DNA of 64,000 nt from Squalus acanthias (Eukaryota). Below the pieces are notes generated by a model. The model was not told the origin of the DNA, did no database searches, and saw nothing but the letters and a program-made list of their open reading frames with translations. The stretch covers positions 26,290,001-26,354,000 of the forward strand of contig CM059432.1 in NCBI GenBank assembly GCA_030390025.1, in the 5' to 3' direction. The translations under genes and the position numbers were made by a program. Positions 12,893 to 25,254 of this stretch are shown here, in pieces. Numbering within the stretch: the first letter of the stretch is position 1; every line of letters begins with the position of its first letter.

Positions 12893-13952
12893 TGTTCCTT
12901 TCATGTTCATCAAAATTGGGGAGGAGGGGGGAAGCTATGTCTCAACATTCACTGGAACTCACTAAGACACTTCCAAAGGTGAGCACAGATCTGTCCAATA
13001 AGGTTAAGTGTTGAAAATATAGATTTCAATGTTTGACAGCACATTAACAGAAACTTCACATGAACATTGGCTAAACCACCCAGCTGTCTACTATTGTGTG
13101 CTGTTAGTTCGTATGCTTGCAGTAGGTTGAGGGTGAATGTGAAGGGTAGCTAGTGAGATGGGGAAGTGATAATGTAGATAGAGAGGGATGGGTGGAGGTA
13201 AGTTGGTGTGAGTAAAGATGTGCAGGAGTAGGGTAGGGAAGGCAGAGTGATGTGGATGTGATGAGTGGCACAGCAGGATGAGGTTGAGTGTGGCTTGGCA
13301 GTAACGTTTCGTGATCTGCTCAGATCATTGAAAGGTTTGCGCCACTGCAGCCTGGTCCTCCTGACGACATCCCTGCTTGTGTCCTCCTGTGCAATGTGCA
13401 ACCAGGCTGCGTTGATTTCCTGGGGAGGTCTCTTCCACCTATGGGAAGGGAAGAGAACCTCCCTGTGTGCTGTGACTCCCTCCATAAGCATATGGAGAGA
13501 GTCATGGGAGAGCCTGGGTGCAGCCGTGCACCTTTGTGCTGTGCTTGTCAGTGTTTGCAGCACCTCAATGCTGCAGAATACTGACAGCAGAACTGTCAAG
13601 ATCAATTTGGACATGGTCCCTTTAAGGAAACCGGCTGATGACGTGTCATCAAATGACGTCATCAGACCCGCTTCCTATTAATTGGCCGGGAACTTCGCAG
13701 GGCGGGCTTAAAAAGGCCAATTAATGATAAATCGCCTGGAGAGTGTTGGCTGAAGTAGGCAGCGGGCTGGGACCGTGACACTGACCCCAGCCGCCCCGGA
13801 CCTGCCTCGGTCAGCGACATCGCCGGGCTAAGAAGTTTACAAAAGGTGGAAAGAATGATAAGGTCATAAGCAAACACAGAAATACAGTAATAACAATAGA
13901 AAGCGCTGGAAAAACTCAGCCGGCCAGGCAACATTCATGGAGAGAGAAACAG

Positions 13953-13989
13953 AGTTAACGTTTCAGGTCGAAGACTCTTCGTCAGAACT
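13953..13989 (-). ncRNA. Minimal hammerhead ribozyme (family A), one stem II mismatch
   Basis: Reverse complement reads AGTT-CTGACGA-A-GAGTC(TTC)GACCT-GAAA-CG-TT-AACT. Confidence 0.75.
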
Positions 13990-14272
13990 GAGAAAAAAGC
14001 AGGAAATGAAACAGATGGAAAAGCAAGTTTGGAGGCTGGGGTAGGGAATAAAAGAACAAAAGGGAAGTAAAGAGACATTAAGAGATACTCAAGGCGAGAC
14101 GAGATGGTAATAGGACAGGTTAAGAAACAAAGGATGGCTCTAGAAGTGTGAAATGCGCTGGCAGAATGAAAGACAGCTGCAATGTGGGAGAGAGAGAAAA
14201 AAAAGGGAAAAGACACAAAACAAAAGTGTAGATAAAATATATATATATATATATATATGGTAGGGGCCGAGG

Positions 14273-15474
14273 TTATGATCTGAAATTGTTGAGCTCGATA
14301 TTGAGTCCGGAAGGCTGTAAAGTGCCTAATCGGAAGATGAGGTGCTGTTCCTCGAGGTTACGCTGAGCTTCCGTGGAACAATGCAAGAGGCCGAGGACGG
14401 TGAGGTCTGAGTGGGAGTGGAGCGGTGAATTAAAATGACAAGCGACCGGAAGCTCGGGGTCACCCTTACGGACTGAACGGAGGTGTTCCGCAAAGCAGTC
14501 ACCCAATCTGCGTTTGGTCTCCCCAATGTAGAGGAGACCACATCGTGAGCAGCGAATACAGTATACTAGATTGCAAGAAGTACAAGTAAATTGCTGTTTC
14601 ACCTGGAAGGGGTGTTTGGGGCCCTGGAGAGTGGAAAGGGGGGAGGTATAAGGGCAGGTGTTGCATCTCCTGCACTTGCACGGGAAGGTGCCGGGCGAGT
14701 AGGAAGGGGTGCTTGGGGCGATAGAGGAGTGGACTAGGGTGTCTCGGAGGGAGCGGTCCCTACGGAATGCTGAAAGGGGAGTTGAGGGGAAGATACGTTT
14801 GGTGGTGGGATCACGTTGGAGTTGGCGGAAATGGCGGAGGATGATCCGTTGAATGTGGAGGCTGGTGGAGTGAAAGGTGAGGACAAGGGGAACTCTATCG
14901 TGGTTCCGGGAGGGAGGGGCAGGGGTGAGGGCAGAAGTGCGGGAAATGGAACGGACACAGTCGAGGGCCGTGTCAACCACGGTAGAGGGGAATCCTCGGT
15001 TGAGGAAAAAGGAAGACATGTCAGAAGCACTGGTATGGAAGGTGGCATCGTTGAAGCAGATGCGGCGGAGACGGAGAAACTGGGAGAAGGGAATAGAGTC
15101 CTTACAGGTGGCGGGGTGGGAGGAAGTGTAGTCCAGGTAGCTGTGGGAGTCAGTGGGCTTGTAGTGAATGTTTGTCAATAACCTATCCCCAGAGATGGAG
15201 ATGGAGAAGTCGAGGAAGGGAAGGGAAGAGTCGGAGATGGACCATGTGAAGGTGAGGGCAGGGTAGAAATTGGAGGCAAAGTGAATGAAATTGTCTAGTT
15301 CAGGGCGAAAGCAGGAAATGGCACCGATACAGTCATCAATGTACCGGAAAAAGAGGTGAGGGAGGGGACCCGAGTAGGACTGGAACAAAGCGTGTTCCAC
15401 ATATCCCACGAAAAGGCAGGCATAGCTAGGACCCATGTGGGAACCCACAGCAACACCTTTGATTTGGAGGAAAT
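14273..15474 (-). CDS. Penelope RT (C-terminal part) plus GIY-YIG endonuclease; 5'-truncated but open (~400 aa)
   Basis: QIKGVAVGSHMGPSYACLF, FRYIDD, LPFLD, YKPTDSHSYL, LVYCIRC...YIGET. The first 29 aa of the predicted ORF come from the inverted arm and are an artefact. Confidence 0.92.
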
Positions 15475-16037
15475 GAGACACCCTAGTCCACTCCTCTATC
15501 ACCCCCAGCACCCCTTCCCCCTCGCCCAGCACCTTCCCGTGCAAGCGCAGGAGATACAACACCTGCCCTTATACCTCCCCCCTTCCCACTCTCCAGGGCC
15601 CCAAACACCCCTTCCAGGTGAAACAGCGATTTACTTGTACTTCTTGCAATCTAGTATACTGTATTCGCTGCTCACGATGTGGTCTCCTCTACATTGGGGA
15701 GACCAATCGCAGATTGGGTGACCGCTTTGCGGAACACCTCCGTTCAGTCCGTAAGGGTGACCCCGAGCTTCCGGTCGCCTGTCATTTTAATTCACCGCTC
15801 CACGCCCACTCAGACCTCACCGTCCTCGGCCTCTTGCATTGTTCCACGGAAGCTCAGCGTAAGCTCGAGGAACAGCACCCCATCTTCCGATTAGGCACTT
15901 TACAGCCTTTTGGACTCAATATCGAGTTCAACAATTTCAGATCATAACCTCGGCCCCTACCATACATATATATTTTTTTTATCCACACTTTTGTTTTGTG
16001 CCTTTTCCCTTTTTTTTTCTCTCTCCCACATGGCAGC

Positions 16038-16984
16038 CACGCCTCCACTACTCGCCTTCAAACAGCCGCCTAACCTCAAAAGTACCATCGTTCGCAGCAA
16101 ATTACCCAGCTTTCAGGAGAACAGCGACCACGACACCACACAACCCTGCTACGGCAACCTCTGCAAGACATGCCAGATCATCAACACATATACCATCATC
16201 ACACGTGAGGACACTACCCACCAGGTACATGGTACATACTCATGTGACTCGGCCAACGTTGTCTACCTCATACGTTGCAGGAAAGGATGCACCGGAGCAT
16301 GGTACATCGGCGAGACCATGCAGACACTGCGACAACATATGAACGGACACCGCGCAACAATCGCCAGGCAGGATTGTTACCTCCCAGTCGGGGAACACTT
16401 CTGCAGTCAAGGACATTCAGCCTCGGATCTGCGGGTAAGCGTTCTCCAAGGTGGCCTTCGAGACACACGACAATGCAAAATCATCGAGCAGAAACTGATA
16501 GCCAAGTGCCGCACCCATGAGGACGGCCTCAACGGGATCTTGGGTTCATGTCACGCTACATGACGTAGAGTCATCCAGACTCGAGTCATCATTGGCTTGT
16601 TCACAGATGTGATTTCCAGTAAAAAAAGTAAAAAGTTTAGCATTTGACACATTAGACCCCCTGTGACCCCACCTCATTGTCTTAGTTGTATCCTGCTATG
16701 TCTTTGATATAATGCCTTCCTGACTGACCTGATTGTTTCACTGCCAAGGTGTGATAAAAGGCAGTCAGAAAGATTAACTGTAATCGTCTGACATTGCACG
16801 CTGCACAGGCATTGTTCTCTGTCTATATATGCTTTGACGATTCGTATTCCTTCACTTCACCTGATGAAGGAGCAGCAGCTCCGAAAGCTTGTGATTTCAA
16901 ATAAAACTGTTGGACTATAACCTGGTGTTGTGCGACTTCTCACTTTTGTCCACCCCAGTCCAACACCGGCATCTCCGCATCATG
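16038..16984 (+). mobile_element. 5'-truncated Penelope-like element (family B) nested in the 3' UTR of family A
   Basis: PPLLAFKQPPNLK...NVVYLIRCRKGC..WYIGET...GLN. The family A sequence GCAGC|GTCTTTCATT is split by this insert. Confidence 0.88.
16857..16894 (+). ncRNA. Minimal hammerhead ribozyme (Penelope family B)
   Basis: TCAC-CTGATGA-A-GGAGC(AGCA)GCTCC-GAAA-GC-TT-GTGA. Palindromic stem III AGCT. Confidence 0.85.
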
Positions 16985-17180
16985 GTCTTTCATTCTGCCA
17001 GTGCATTTCACACTTCTAGAGCCATCTTTTGTTTCTTAACCTGTCCTATTACCCATCTCATCTCGCCTTGTGTATCTCTTAATGTCTCTACGTCTCACAG
17101 ACCTTCCCTTTTGTTCTTTTATTCCCTCCCCCAGCCTCCAAACTTGTTTTTTCATCTGTTTCATTTCCTGCTTTTTTCTC

Positions 17181-17217
17181 AGTTCTGACGAAGGGTCTTC
17201 GACCTGAAACGTTAACT
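17181..17217 (+). ncRNA. Minimal hammerhead ribozyme (family A)
   Basis: AGTT-CTGACGA-A-GGGTC(TTC)GACCT-GAAA-CG-TT-AACT. Confidence 0.85.
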
Positions 17218-18408
17218 CTGTTTCTCTCTCCATGGATGTTGCCTGGCCTGCTGAGTTTTTCCAGCACTTTCTGTTGTTATTTCAGTTTTCCAGCATCCGC
17301 AGTATTTTGCTATTGTAACAGAAATACAGTAAGTGAGTGTGTGTATGTGTGTGAGAGAGACAGAAACATTAAAAAAATAGAGTGGGAGCCAAGCAGAGAC
17401 CCACAAAGAGACACAGTTTTACTTTCATTTTAGTCTCTGAGCAATGTCATGGGAGAACAACTAGCATAAATATTAATTAAAAAATTGAAAATCTATATTT
17501 TTGAAGAATATGATGTAGATGTAAGCAGGCTGTTTTACTTGGACTGTGAGCACTGAAGTAGAGGTTAAAGGTTCAACCTTAACAACTCTCAAGTGAGATG
17601 AGAGATTAGAAGGATTTTATTGTTGCTGCAGACTACCTTAAGATAGTATAGAACAAGAAAAGGTCATTTGGCCCACTGAGCAGTAAAGGCCGCTGATGGT
17701 GCGCTGATAAACACCGTAAAAAAGAGCTGGATAAATATCATGTTAGGAATAGGATTGAAGGTTAGAGGGACAAATATAGACTCGGATGGAATACAATTGT
17801 TCCTGTGCTGTGTGGCCTTGTTTGAATGCTGCCAGTGAGCTGCTGGCACCAGACTGGCACTCTGAGGTAGCTTGCCGGTTAGAGAGGGCAGGAAATCAGT
17901 CGTCCCCATGGGTGTCAGTCAATAGTCTGAGCCTGGGTGGGAGAGGTGATCCCAGAGAAAGCCTTGCATCTGCAGGAGTTTTTTGGGGGCCCAGGAGGAG
18001 CTCTCCTGCCGCCCATCTCTGAGACTGAATGACAAGAGTTGGCAAGCTATTTAATCATGGAGGGCATCACAACCAATTCTGAACTTCTTATCTGATGCCC
18101 AAAAGTGTAGAGGACCATACAATTTCCCCACCTCCGCTTTGGTACGATCACAGTGCCAGTTCCAATATGGGCCAGGAGCTGCCACTGTTTCGTAATGAGA
18201 GCTGACCTCAAGAACTGCTGCAAGGTTGACTTAGTGGGTTATCAGTGAGCAATAAGCTTGCATTACTCTTGTCCTGTGGGCACGAAAATGTACCCTTGTT
18301 GCTCTTGACAGAACAGCTGCTTCGAACTTTCCTCCCCTATCTTCCTCAGCTCTAATTAAAACTTTCTACATATTCTTCTTCTTCCTGCATCATTCTCACC
18401 ATGTTGAC

Positions 18409-19135
18409 TCATACGAACATACAAACAATGACTGACAGGTAAAGACCCCCTGGTCCATCCAGCCTGTGCTACCCAATTGTGATACCTTGTTTATCACCAT
18501 ATATACATCCCCATCCCACCCAAAACTATGTGATCTGCTGGGAGAGGTGAAAAACAAGGTAAAAACCCAGGCCAATTTGGGGCAAAAAATCTGCAAAATT
18601 CCTCTCCGACCCATCTAGGCAATCAAAACTAGTCCAGGAGATCACTCTGGCCCTGAATTCCCTGCAGTACCTACCTTCTGTAAGAGGTGATGTCCGCCCC
18701 AACCAGAAACAGATCCAGTTCTTGCTTGAAGGAATTCAGCGAATCAGCAACCACCGCACGAGAAAGCAGCCTGTTCCAGAGATCCACTATTCTCTGGGAA
18801 AAGAACCATCTCCTGACATCTAACCTAGACCTGGCCTTACACAACTTAAAATTGTGACCCCATGTCCTCCCTAACCTATTTAATTGGAACAAACTGTCAA
18901 CTGGAACACAATCTATTTCCTTCATCATCTTATAAACCTCAATCAGATCACCCCTAAGTCTACGCTTCTCTAAAGTGTAGAGTCCCAACTCTTTTAGCCT
19001 ATCTTGCTAACTAAGATGCTTTATACTGGGAATTAGTCTAGTGGTCCTCCTCTGCACCCTTTCCAAAGCCTCAATATCACCCACCATGTGAGGAGATCAA
19101 AACTGGACATAATATTCCAAGTGAGGCCTGACTCA
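18409..19135 (-). mobile_element. CR1 3' fragment with a long 3' UTR
   Basis: GLYTLEKRRLRGDLIEVYK...FFSQRIVDLWN; TTCGTATG/TTTGTATG-type tail at ~18410-18426. Confidence 0.85.
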
Positions 19136-19212
19136 AGCCTCACTCCACCATTTCCCACTTTAACTAATTCTTTTTCTCAGGACCTCAAAATTGTGGTACT
19201 CTTTACCTCTTT

Positions 19213-20980
19213 GGCCGGAATTTTCTGGAGGGGTCAGCAGGTAGGATCGGTGGTGGGTCGGGTGGGAAATTTGATTTTTTTGACAGCGGATCGGGACCCT
19301 GCTGTCACCCTGCCACAACGCGCCTTTCCCAATGTTGAGTCTGTCAGCACTGAGCAGACCCAACAGGCAGCGGCGGGGGTCCCAATTAAACTCATTAGCA
19401 TCTAGTTGACAGATCATTAACAGGCTTTTTTAACTTACCTTTTCACTTTAACTTCATGGCCACGGGAACCACGCTGTTCGGGGACCACGGCTGTCAACCT
19501 GAGGCGGGAGTTCAGTGGCCATTGCTCCAGCTGATTACTTGACAGCTTCAAATGTACAGTAAAAGCTGACAGATCATCACTTTCCTCAGCCACAAGCTGC
19601 ATCTCAGTCCATTTCCAGCACAGATTCTGCAGGCTTTCCACTTTCCACTCTCCATCCACTCTTACCTCATTGGAAGAACTCTCTCACCATTGACAGAATG
19701 CTTCTGTCATCTGTACTTCAACTGCCATCTATTCCATCAACATGGGTATCCTTTATACTGTTTCACCTTGGTCCTCAGAATCCGACCACAATCAGCCCCA
19801 ACACCAGCAGCACCAGGCACACCAGCAGCACCAACAACAACACCAACCTTCTCCGCAATCAACTGATGCTGCACAGGACACAGGGCATCAGTACCCGACC
19901 ACATTGCTGCCTGAGAGGCCAGGGATGGCCTCACCATGGCCAGATTTACTTGACTTGATGCTGTACACATGATGCGCTAGGTTGGCACCACCCCACATCG
20001 ACACCATAAAGCATCCCTACAATGTTCAAGCCATTCGTTTCACACTCACCACCATTGGGGGGGGGGGGGGGCAGGGCGGGGTACCACTATGTCTCACCAT
20101 TCACTGCAACTCACTAAGCCACTTCCAAAGGTGCACACAAATCTGTCAAAGAACGCAAAGTGTTCAAAATAAAGGTTTCAATGTTTGACACCACATTAAC
20201 AGAAACTTTATATGAACATTGGATAAAACACCCAAGTGGTTACCCTTGTGTGTTGTTAGTTGGTATGATTGCACTAGGATGAGGGTGAGTGTGAGTGGTG
20301 ACTAGTGTGATGGGGATGTGATAATGTAGAGAGAGAGGGATGGGTGGACGTGCAAGGTAAGTTGGTGTAAGGATGTGTAGGAGTAGGGTAGGGAAGGCAG
20401 AGTGATGGGGATGTGATGAGAGGCACAGCAGGATTAAGGTGAGTGTGGCTTTGTACTAACGTTTCGTGATCTAATGAGATCATTGAATGGTTTGCGCCAC
20501 TGCAGCCAGGTCCTCCTGACCACATCCCTACTTGTGACCTCCTGTGCAATGTGCAACCCGGCTGTGCTGGTCTCCTGGGGAGGTCTCTTCCGCCCATGGG
20601 AAGGGAAGAGGACCTCCCTGCATGCACTGACTCCCTCCATTAGCATATGGAGGGAGTCATGGGAGAACCTGGGTACAGCCCTGCACCTCTCAACAGTCAT
20701 TGTCAGTGTTTGCAGCACCTCAATGCTGTAGAACACTGACAGTACAAATGTTAAAAGAAAGTTGGCCATGTTCCTTTAAGGAAACTGGCTGGTGATGCAC
20801 CATGAATGATGTCACCAGACCTGCTTTTTCTAATTGGCCTGGGAAACGCGCAGGGCGAGCTTCAGCAAGCCCTATCAACAGAAAATAATTTTCCAGCGCG
20901 GGATGGAGCCAGCAGCGGGGTCGGGACCCGCCACCGACACCGGCCGCAACGGACCCACCGAGGTAAGGAAAATCTCGGCC
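19213..20980. mobile_element. Non-autonomous Harbinger (copy 3) with both ends intact
   Basis: TIRs GGCCGGAATTTTC and GAAAATCTCGGCC with TTT on both flanks. Myb exon-1 remnant at 20460-20700 (-). Transposase N- and C-terminal tips at 19742-19950 (+). Confidence 0.88.
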
Positions 20981-21260
20981 TTTGTCCCTTCACTCACCCT
21001 ACAGTCTATAGATATTTAAAGCACAAGCTTGGTATTACCGAACCAGTACTTCTTCCCTCCTACTTGGTGCCTTGAAACGGGCAAAACTGGACCAGTGTTT
21101 TGCATTAGAACTTGTCAGAATGTGAGATGTGATGAAGGTTCTTTAACAAAGTGTTTACCCATTAAAGTGTCAAATTGTCTCAGTTGATCGCATGCTTGCC
21201 TCTGAGTTATAAGATCAGGGGTTCAAGCCTCACTCCAGGACTTGAACACATAATCCAAAT

Positions 21261-21924
21261 CAGTGTTATCCAATCTGTTAGTCACTAGCCACACGTGGGT
21301 AATTGGGAATCCATATGTGGCTAATTGCATTTCTAATTAGTAAATAAAAATGAGTAATAGATATTGTTGGGGCTGCCGCGAAACACGAATTAAGACTGAA
21401 TCCATGTGTGGAAAACAAAGGCTTTTTAATACAACTGCATGGTCCAAAATGGCTGAACAGACTGCCCCCAGAATTCTCTGGAAAAACCCAGAGGCCCCGC
21501 CCACTCCTTTTCTCCTGCCTTAAAGGCAAGGTGCCTTAAAGGCAAGGTGCTCGATATATTGTCCACGGACGGAAAAGTGGATCATGCCCGTTTAGGTGGC
21601 GATCCACCACAATATCATTGTTGGGCATTTGATTTCAATACTTATATTCACATGGCGTATGCATGTCTACTTTAACCTTTTTGTGTGTTTATTGGTAAAA
21701 CGGTAAGATGAAAAATCAGAGTGTGTGAATATTTTTTGATCTTTGACCATTCAATAACCAAGTTTATTTCCTTGGTTACTGAATGGTTTAAGTAAATATA
21801 ATGTATTTACCTATATTGTGTGAGTGAATGTAAGGTGTTGCCACTAAAATTAGTGTATGTGGCTAAAACAGTGTCACCATAACCACACATGTGGCTAGTC
21901 AGCAAGAGCCATTGAACAATGCTC
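21261..21924. mobile_element. Old hAT/Charlie-like MITE
   Basis: Degenerate TIRs CAGTGTTATCCAAT and ATTGAACAATGCTC. Subterminal TAGCCACAC..GTGG and CACATGTGGCTAG motifs. 8-bp flanks ATCCAAAT/ATCTAAAC (6/8 match). Confidence 0.65.
21365..21611 (-). mobile_element. Solo LTR (247 bp), probably Gypsy-type
   Basis: TG...CA ends, 4-bp TSD ATAT, ATTAAA on the - strand. Confidence 0.8.
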
Positions 21925-22440
21925 ATCTAAACTGATATGTCAGTGCAGCACTGAGGGATGAGGTGTTAAGCTTAGATCCTGTACCAGTGGGTAACAGTTG
22001 ATCATGTGGTGCTATTTGAAAGAGAGCAGAGAAGAACTACTGGGATCCCAACCAACATTCCTCCCTTCGATAAGCACCACCAAAAAAAAGCATTTGCTGT
22101 TTGTGCTGATGGGCTTTTGTACTTCCAGCATTTTCTGCTCTTTTTTTGAGTTGTCCAGCATTTGTTATTTTTTCTTCCAACACCTCCTTGTATCCCAACT
22201 GGGCCCTCCCCCTCACCACTTAGACGTGTCTCATTCTTTCTCTCCTTCCATTTATGCCTGCTTTGAATGTCCATCTGTTGAATATCCTCTTTTTGGCTCT
22301 CCTTACTCAGATTCAATTAGTGCTGTCATACAGTCCTTATGCTAGCTTTGTTTAGCTGGGGTTTACAAGTTTAGTGCGTGTGTGCTTTGTTTCCTCTGGG
22401 CCTCACATGAAAACCTTGGGAATCCCCTCCCAGGCAGTAG

Positions 22441-23207
22441 TTGAAAGTAATGCATTTTGGAAGGAAGAATGAGCAGAGGCAATATAAACTAAATGGTACA
22501 ATTTTAAAGTGGGTGCAGGAACAGAGAGACCTAGGGGTTCACATACACAAATCTTTGAAGGTGGCAGGACAAGTTGATAAGATTGTTAAAAAAGCATACG
22601 GGATCCTGGGTTTTATAAATAGAGGCAAAGCATACAAAAGCAAGAAAGTTATGGTAAAACATCATAAATCACTAGTTAGGCCTCAGCCAGAGTATTGTGT
22701 CCAATTCTGGACAACACACTTTAGGAAGGATGTCAACGCATTGGAGAGGGTGCAGAGGAGATTTACTAAGATGATACCAGGGATGAGGGAGTTCAGTTGC
22801 TGGGCCTGTTCTCCTTACAGCAGAGAAGGTGAAGGGGAGTTTTAATAGAGGCGTTCAAAATTAAAATGGGTTTTCATAGAGTAAATAAGGAGAAACTGTT
22901 TCCACTGGCAGGAGGGTCGGTATCCAGAGGACACAGATTTAAGGTAATTGGCAAAAGAATCAGAGGGGAGCTGAGGAGAATTTGTTTTACACAGCAAGGT
23001 GTTATGAACTGGAATGCACTGTCTGAAAGGGTGGTGGAAGCAGATTCAATAGTAACTTTCAAAAGGGAATTGGATAAATATTTGACCTGGAAACATTTGC
23101 AGGGCTATGGGGAAAGAGTAGGTGAGTGGAACTAATTGTAAAGCTCTTTCATAGGCACAATGGGCTGAATGGCCTCCTTATTTGCTTCTATAATTCTATG
23201 ATTCTAT
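22441..23207 (+). mobile_element. CR1 3' fragment
   Basis: KVMHFGRKN...ERVQRRFT; (ATTCTATG)n tail. Confidence 0.9.
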
Positions 23208-24215
23208 GGTAAGGGGGTGTCAACTCTCTTAAATAGGATTGCAAGCAAATTTAAAAGCGGAAGGGAAAGTAGACTGGGAATAAGCGAGTTTGAAGAAAGA
23301 CTACGAATATTCTATGCAATTTGATTTTGGGGGCCTGTTACATCAGGTGTACCTTAGATATTCTCTTGGTTATAGTGGTACTGGTACTCCTGTAAGTGAT
23401 CAGAAAATCTCACATTCAGGAGTGTGCCCATACTGCCCAATATCTAATTACAGAATAAAATAACCCAGGGTGTAACAATGGAAGGAATCCCCTTGTGATT
23501 TGAAATGGTTACTTTGTGCTTCACACATGCACTTCACTAATCTTTCAGTAGGCAGACTGAAAATACTTTTGTGAGACAAGGCTCAATATGAATCATTAAC
23601 GTGCTTTATTTTACAGACAGCAAGCGAAGGTACAGAGTAATAGCTGTAAATGAACCTCGCTTACTTTACTCAATTTCACTTATTTCCTTAGCAAGAATGA
23701 GGGGGAAAAAAGTATTAAATCACATACACTTTCTTTTGTGGGATGTCTTACTTGTTTATCGTATTACCTCTCTTTATAGACAACTCCTGACTGCAACAAC
23801 TGACCTTCCGCATCTTAGCTTTAAACTCAAGGTTAAGGCCTGGCCCATACCATTTAAAAGCTGAGTGGCTGCCCATATATTTCTTTTCTGTTTTTCTCTC
23901 TATGGATCCCCAAGTAGAAGGGCAACTGTCCCAAGAGTATATTCTCAGCAGACACCTCGTACATACTAGGCTCACATAAATCAAATCATCCCCACCATAA
24001 TACGTGTGGATGTTTTGTTACACTGTATGAAACAAGAATTGATTAATGTCCTCAGTCATTGTGGAAACCTTTACAATTAAACCTCAACCCTGGTCTGACC
24101 CCTCCCTCCCTCCCTCCCTCCCTCCCCCTCCCCCTCACAGCTCAAAGGTTGCAGCCTATGGCTTTTTAAACATGTTCAAGTGCACTTTGTTTTAAAGCAC
24201 ACCACTTAAACATAA

Positions 24216-24306
24216 ATAACAACAGAAAACACTGGAAAAACTCAGCGGGCGAGGCAGCATCCGTGGAGAGAGAAACAGAGTTAACGTTTCAGGTCGTCAG
24301 AACAGT
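24216..24306 (-). mobile_element. 91-bp Penelope family A 3'-end insertion with a damaged hammerhead
   Basis: 13-bp TSD CACTTAAACATAA at 24203-24215 and 24307-24319. Stem II is partly deleted. Confidence 0.85.
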
Positions 24307-25254
24307 CACTTAAACATAACTCATTCCAAAATCCTCCCTGTGAAAAAAAATGATCAAAAATGCCAAAACACGACAAGCCATTTAAGTTGAGTTCACCCGA
24401 TATCTGAACATGGCCACTTTCTAGAACGGGTCAGTGGATTGTGATCAGGAGCAAGAACCCTAGCTTATTTCCCCCCTCCTAGCCTAGGCTAATTGTTGTG
24501 TTTAACTTCTTTAATTGGCTGTGGTACAACTAATACAACACAGACTTGGAATTGAACCTGAACCTTCCTGGCCTGTATGATGGTGCCTTTGCCCAGTAGA
24601 TGATAAAGGGAGCTTAAGGTTCTTGTCGGTCTTTATACAGGGGCCTGGTTATCGATAGAAATTTTGGTAAGTAAAATAATTTAAAATAAAGGAAAATATT
24701 GAATTGAGGACAGGCCCCCCAATCTTGTACACACATCACGCTGATGATTACAAATAGAGCCACATTTTCCTGCTATTTAGATTTAAATGTAAATCCTCTC
24801 ATTACTAGTGCTTGATACACTCTAGGCCAAGATTGTGTTTTTGTGCTCTTCCACACTTTTAAAGTTTATATGCATGTTTCTTTCCCTGCCCCATGGGTCT
24901 GTACCCTTGATTGCAGATGGGAAGGCACTTTGTTTCGTCTAAAGTTCCCTGATTCAGCAAGCTGCACAGACAGGGAAACTTGGAAACTTCTCTAAACTCA
25001 TGATGCAGCTGGAAAGCCACCCATCAGGTTTCAAGAATGGAGGTTGTAAGCTGAGTTTTGCTCCATCACATTAGGTCTGCTCAGGGTAGACTCCGTGGTA
25101 GATTCGAATGTATATGGTCTGTGGATGCAATGGACTTAATGGACCGAAAGACCATTTTACCATTCCAGGTTTACTGATGTTCCTAAGCCAATCTATTCAT
25201 TTGTAGTTTCCCTTGACCAGTCTGCATTATGATGGAGCCAGTTATCTTCTGCTT

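Larger units (their letters stand above)
9006..13828. mobile_element. Non-autonomous Harbinger (copy 2), interrupted by a CR1
   Basis: Left end GGGCCGCGATTTT; right end degenerate. Segments 9360-9844 and 12895-13700 are collinear with uninterrupted copy 3. Myb exon-1 remnant RCTAAPRLSHDSLHMLMEGV...WRKPFNDL on the - strand. Confidence 0.8.
13891..17317. mobile_element. Palindromic (inverted-arm) Penelope family A insertion
   Basis: Minus arm 13891-15474 and plus arm 15475-17317. 15-bp TSD ACAGAAATACAGTAA at 13876-13890 and 17318-17332. Confidence 0.9.
21170..22055 (+). mobile_element. tRNA-derived DeuSINE/SacSINE1-like SINE split by a hAT MITE
   Basis: B-box GGTTCAAGCC at ~21219. The SINE body resumes at ~21925 (TGATATGTCAGTGCAGCACTGAGGGA). 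Confidence 0.65.

Noticed and set aside
15475..15562. N-terminus of the 429-aa Penelope ORF
   Set aside because: Antisense read-through of the inverted arm, not real coding sequence.
23605..23715. Possible host micro-exons after TTTTACAG and TTCCTTAG
   Set aside because: Weak donors and no recognisable peptide; cannot be supported without RNA data.
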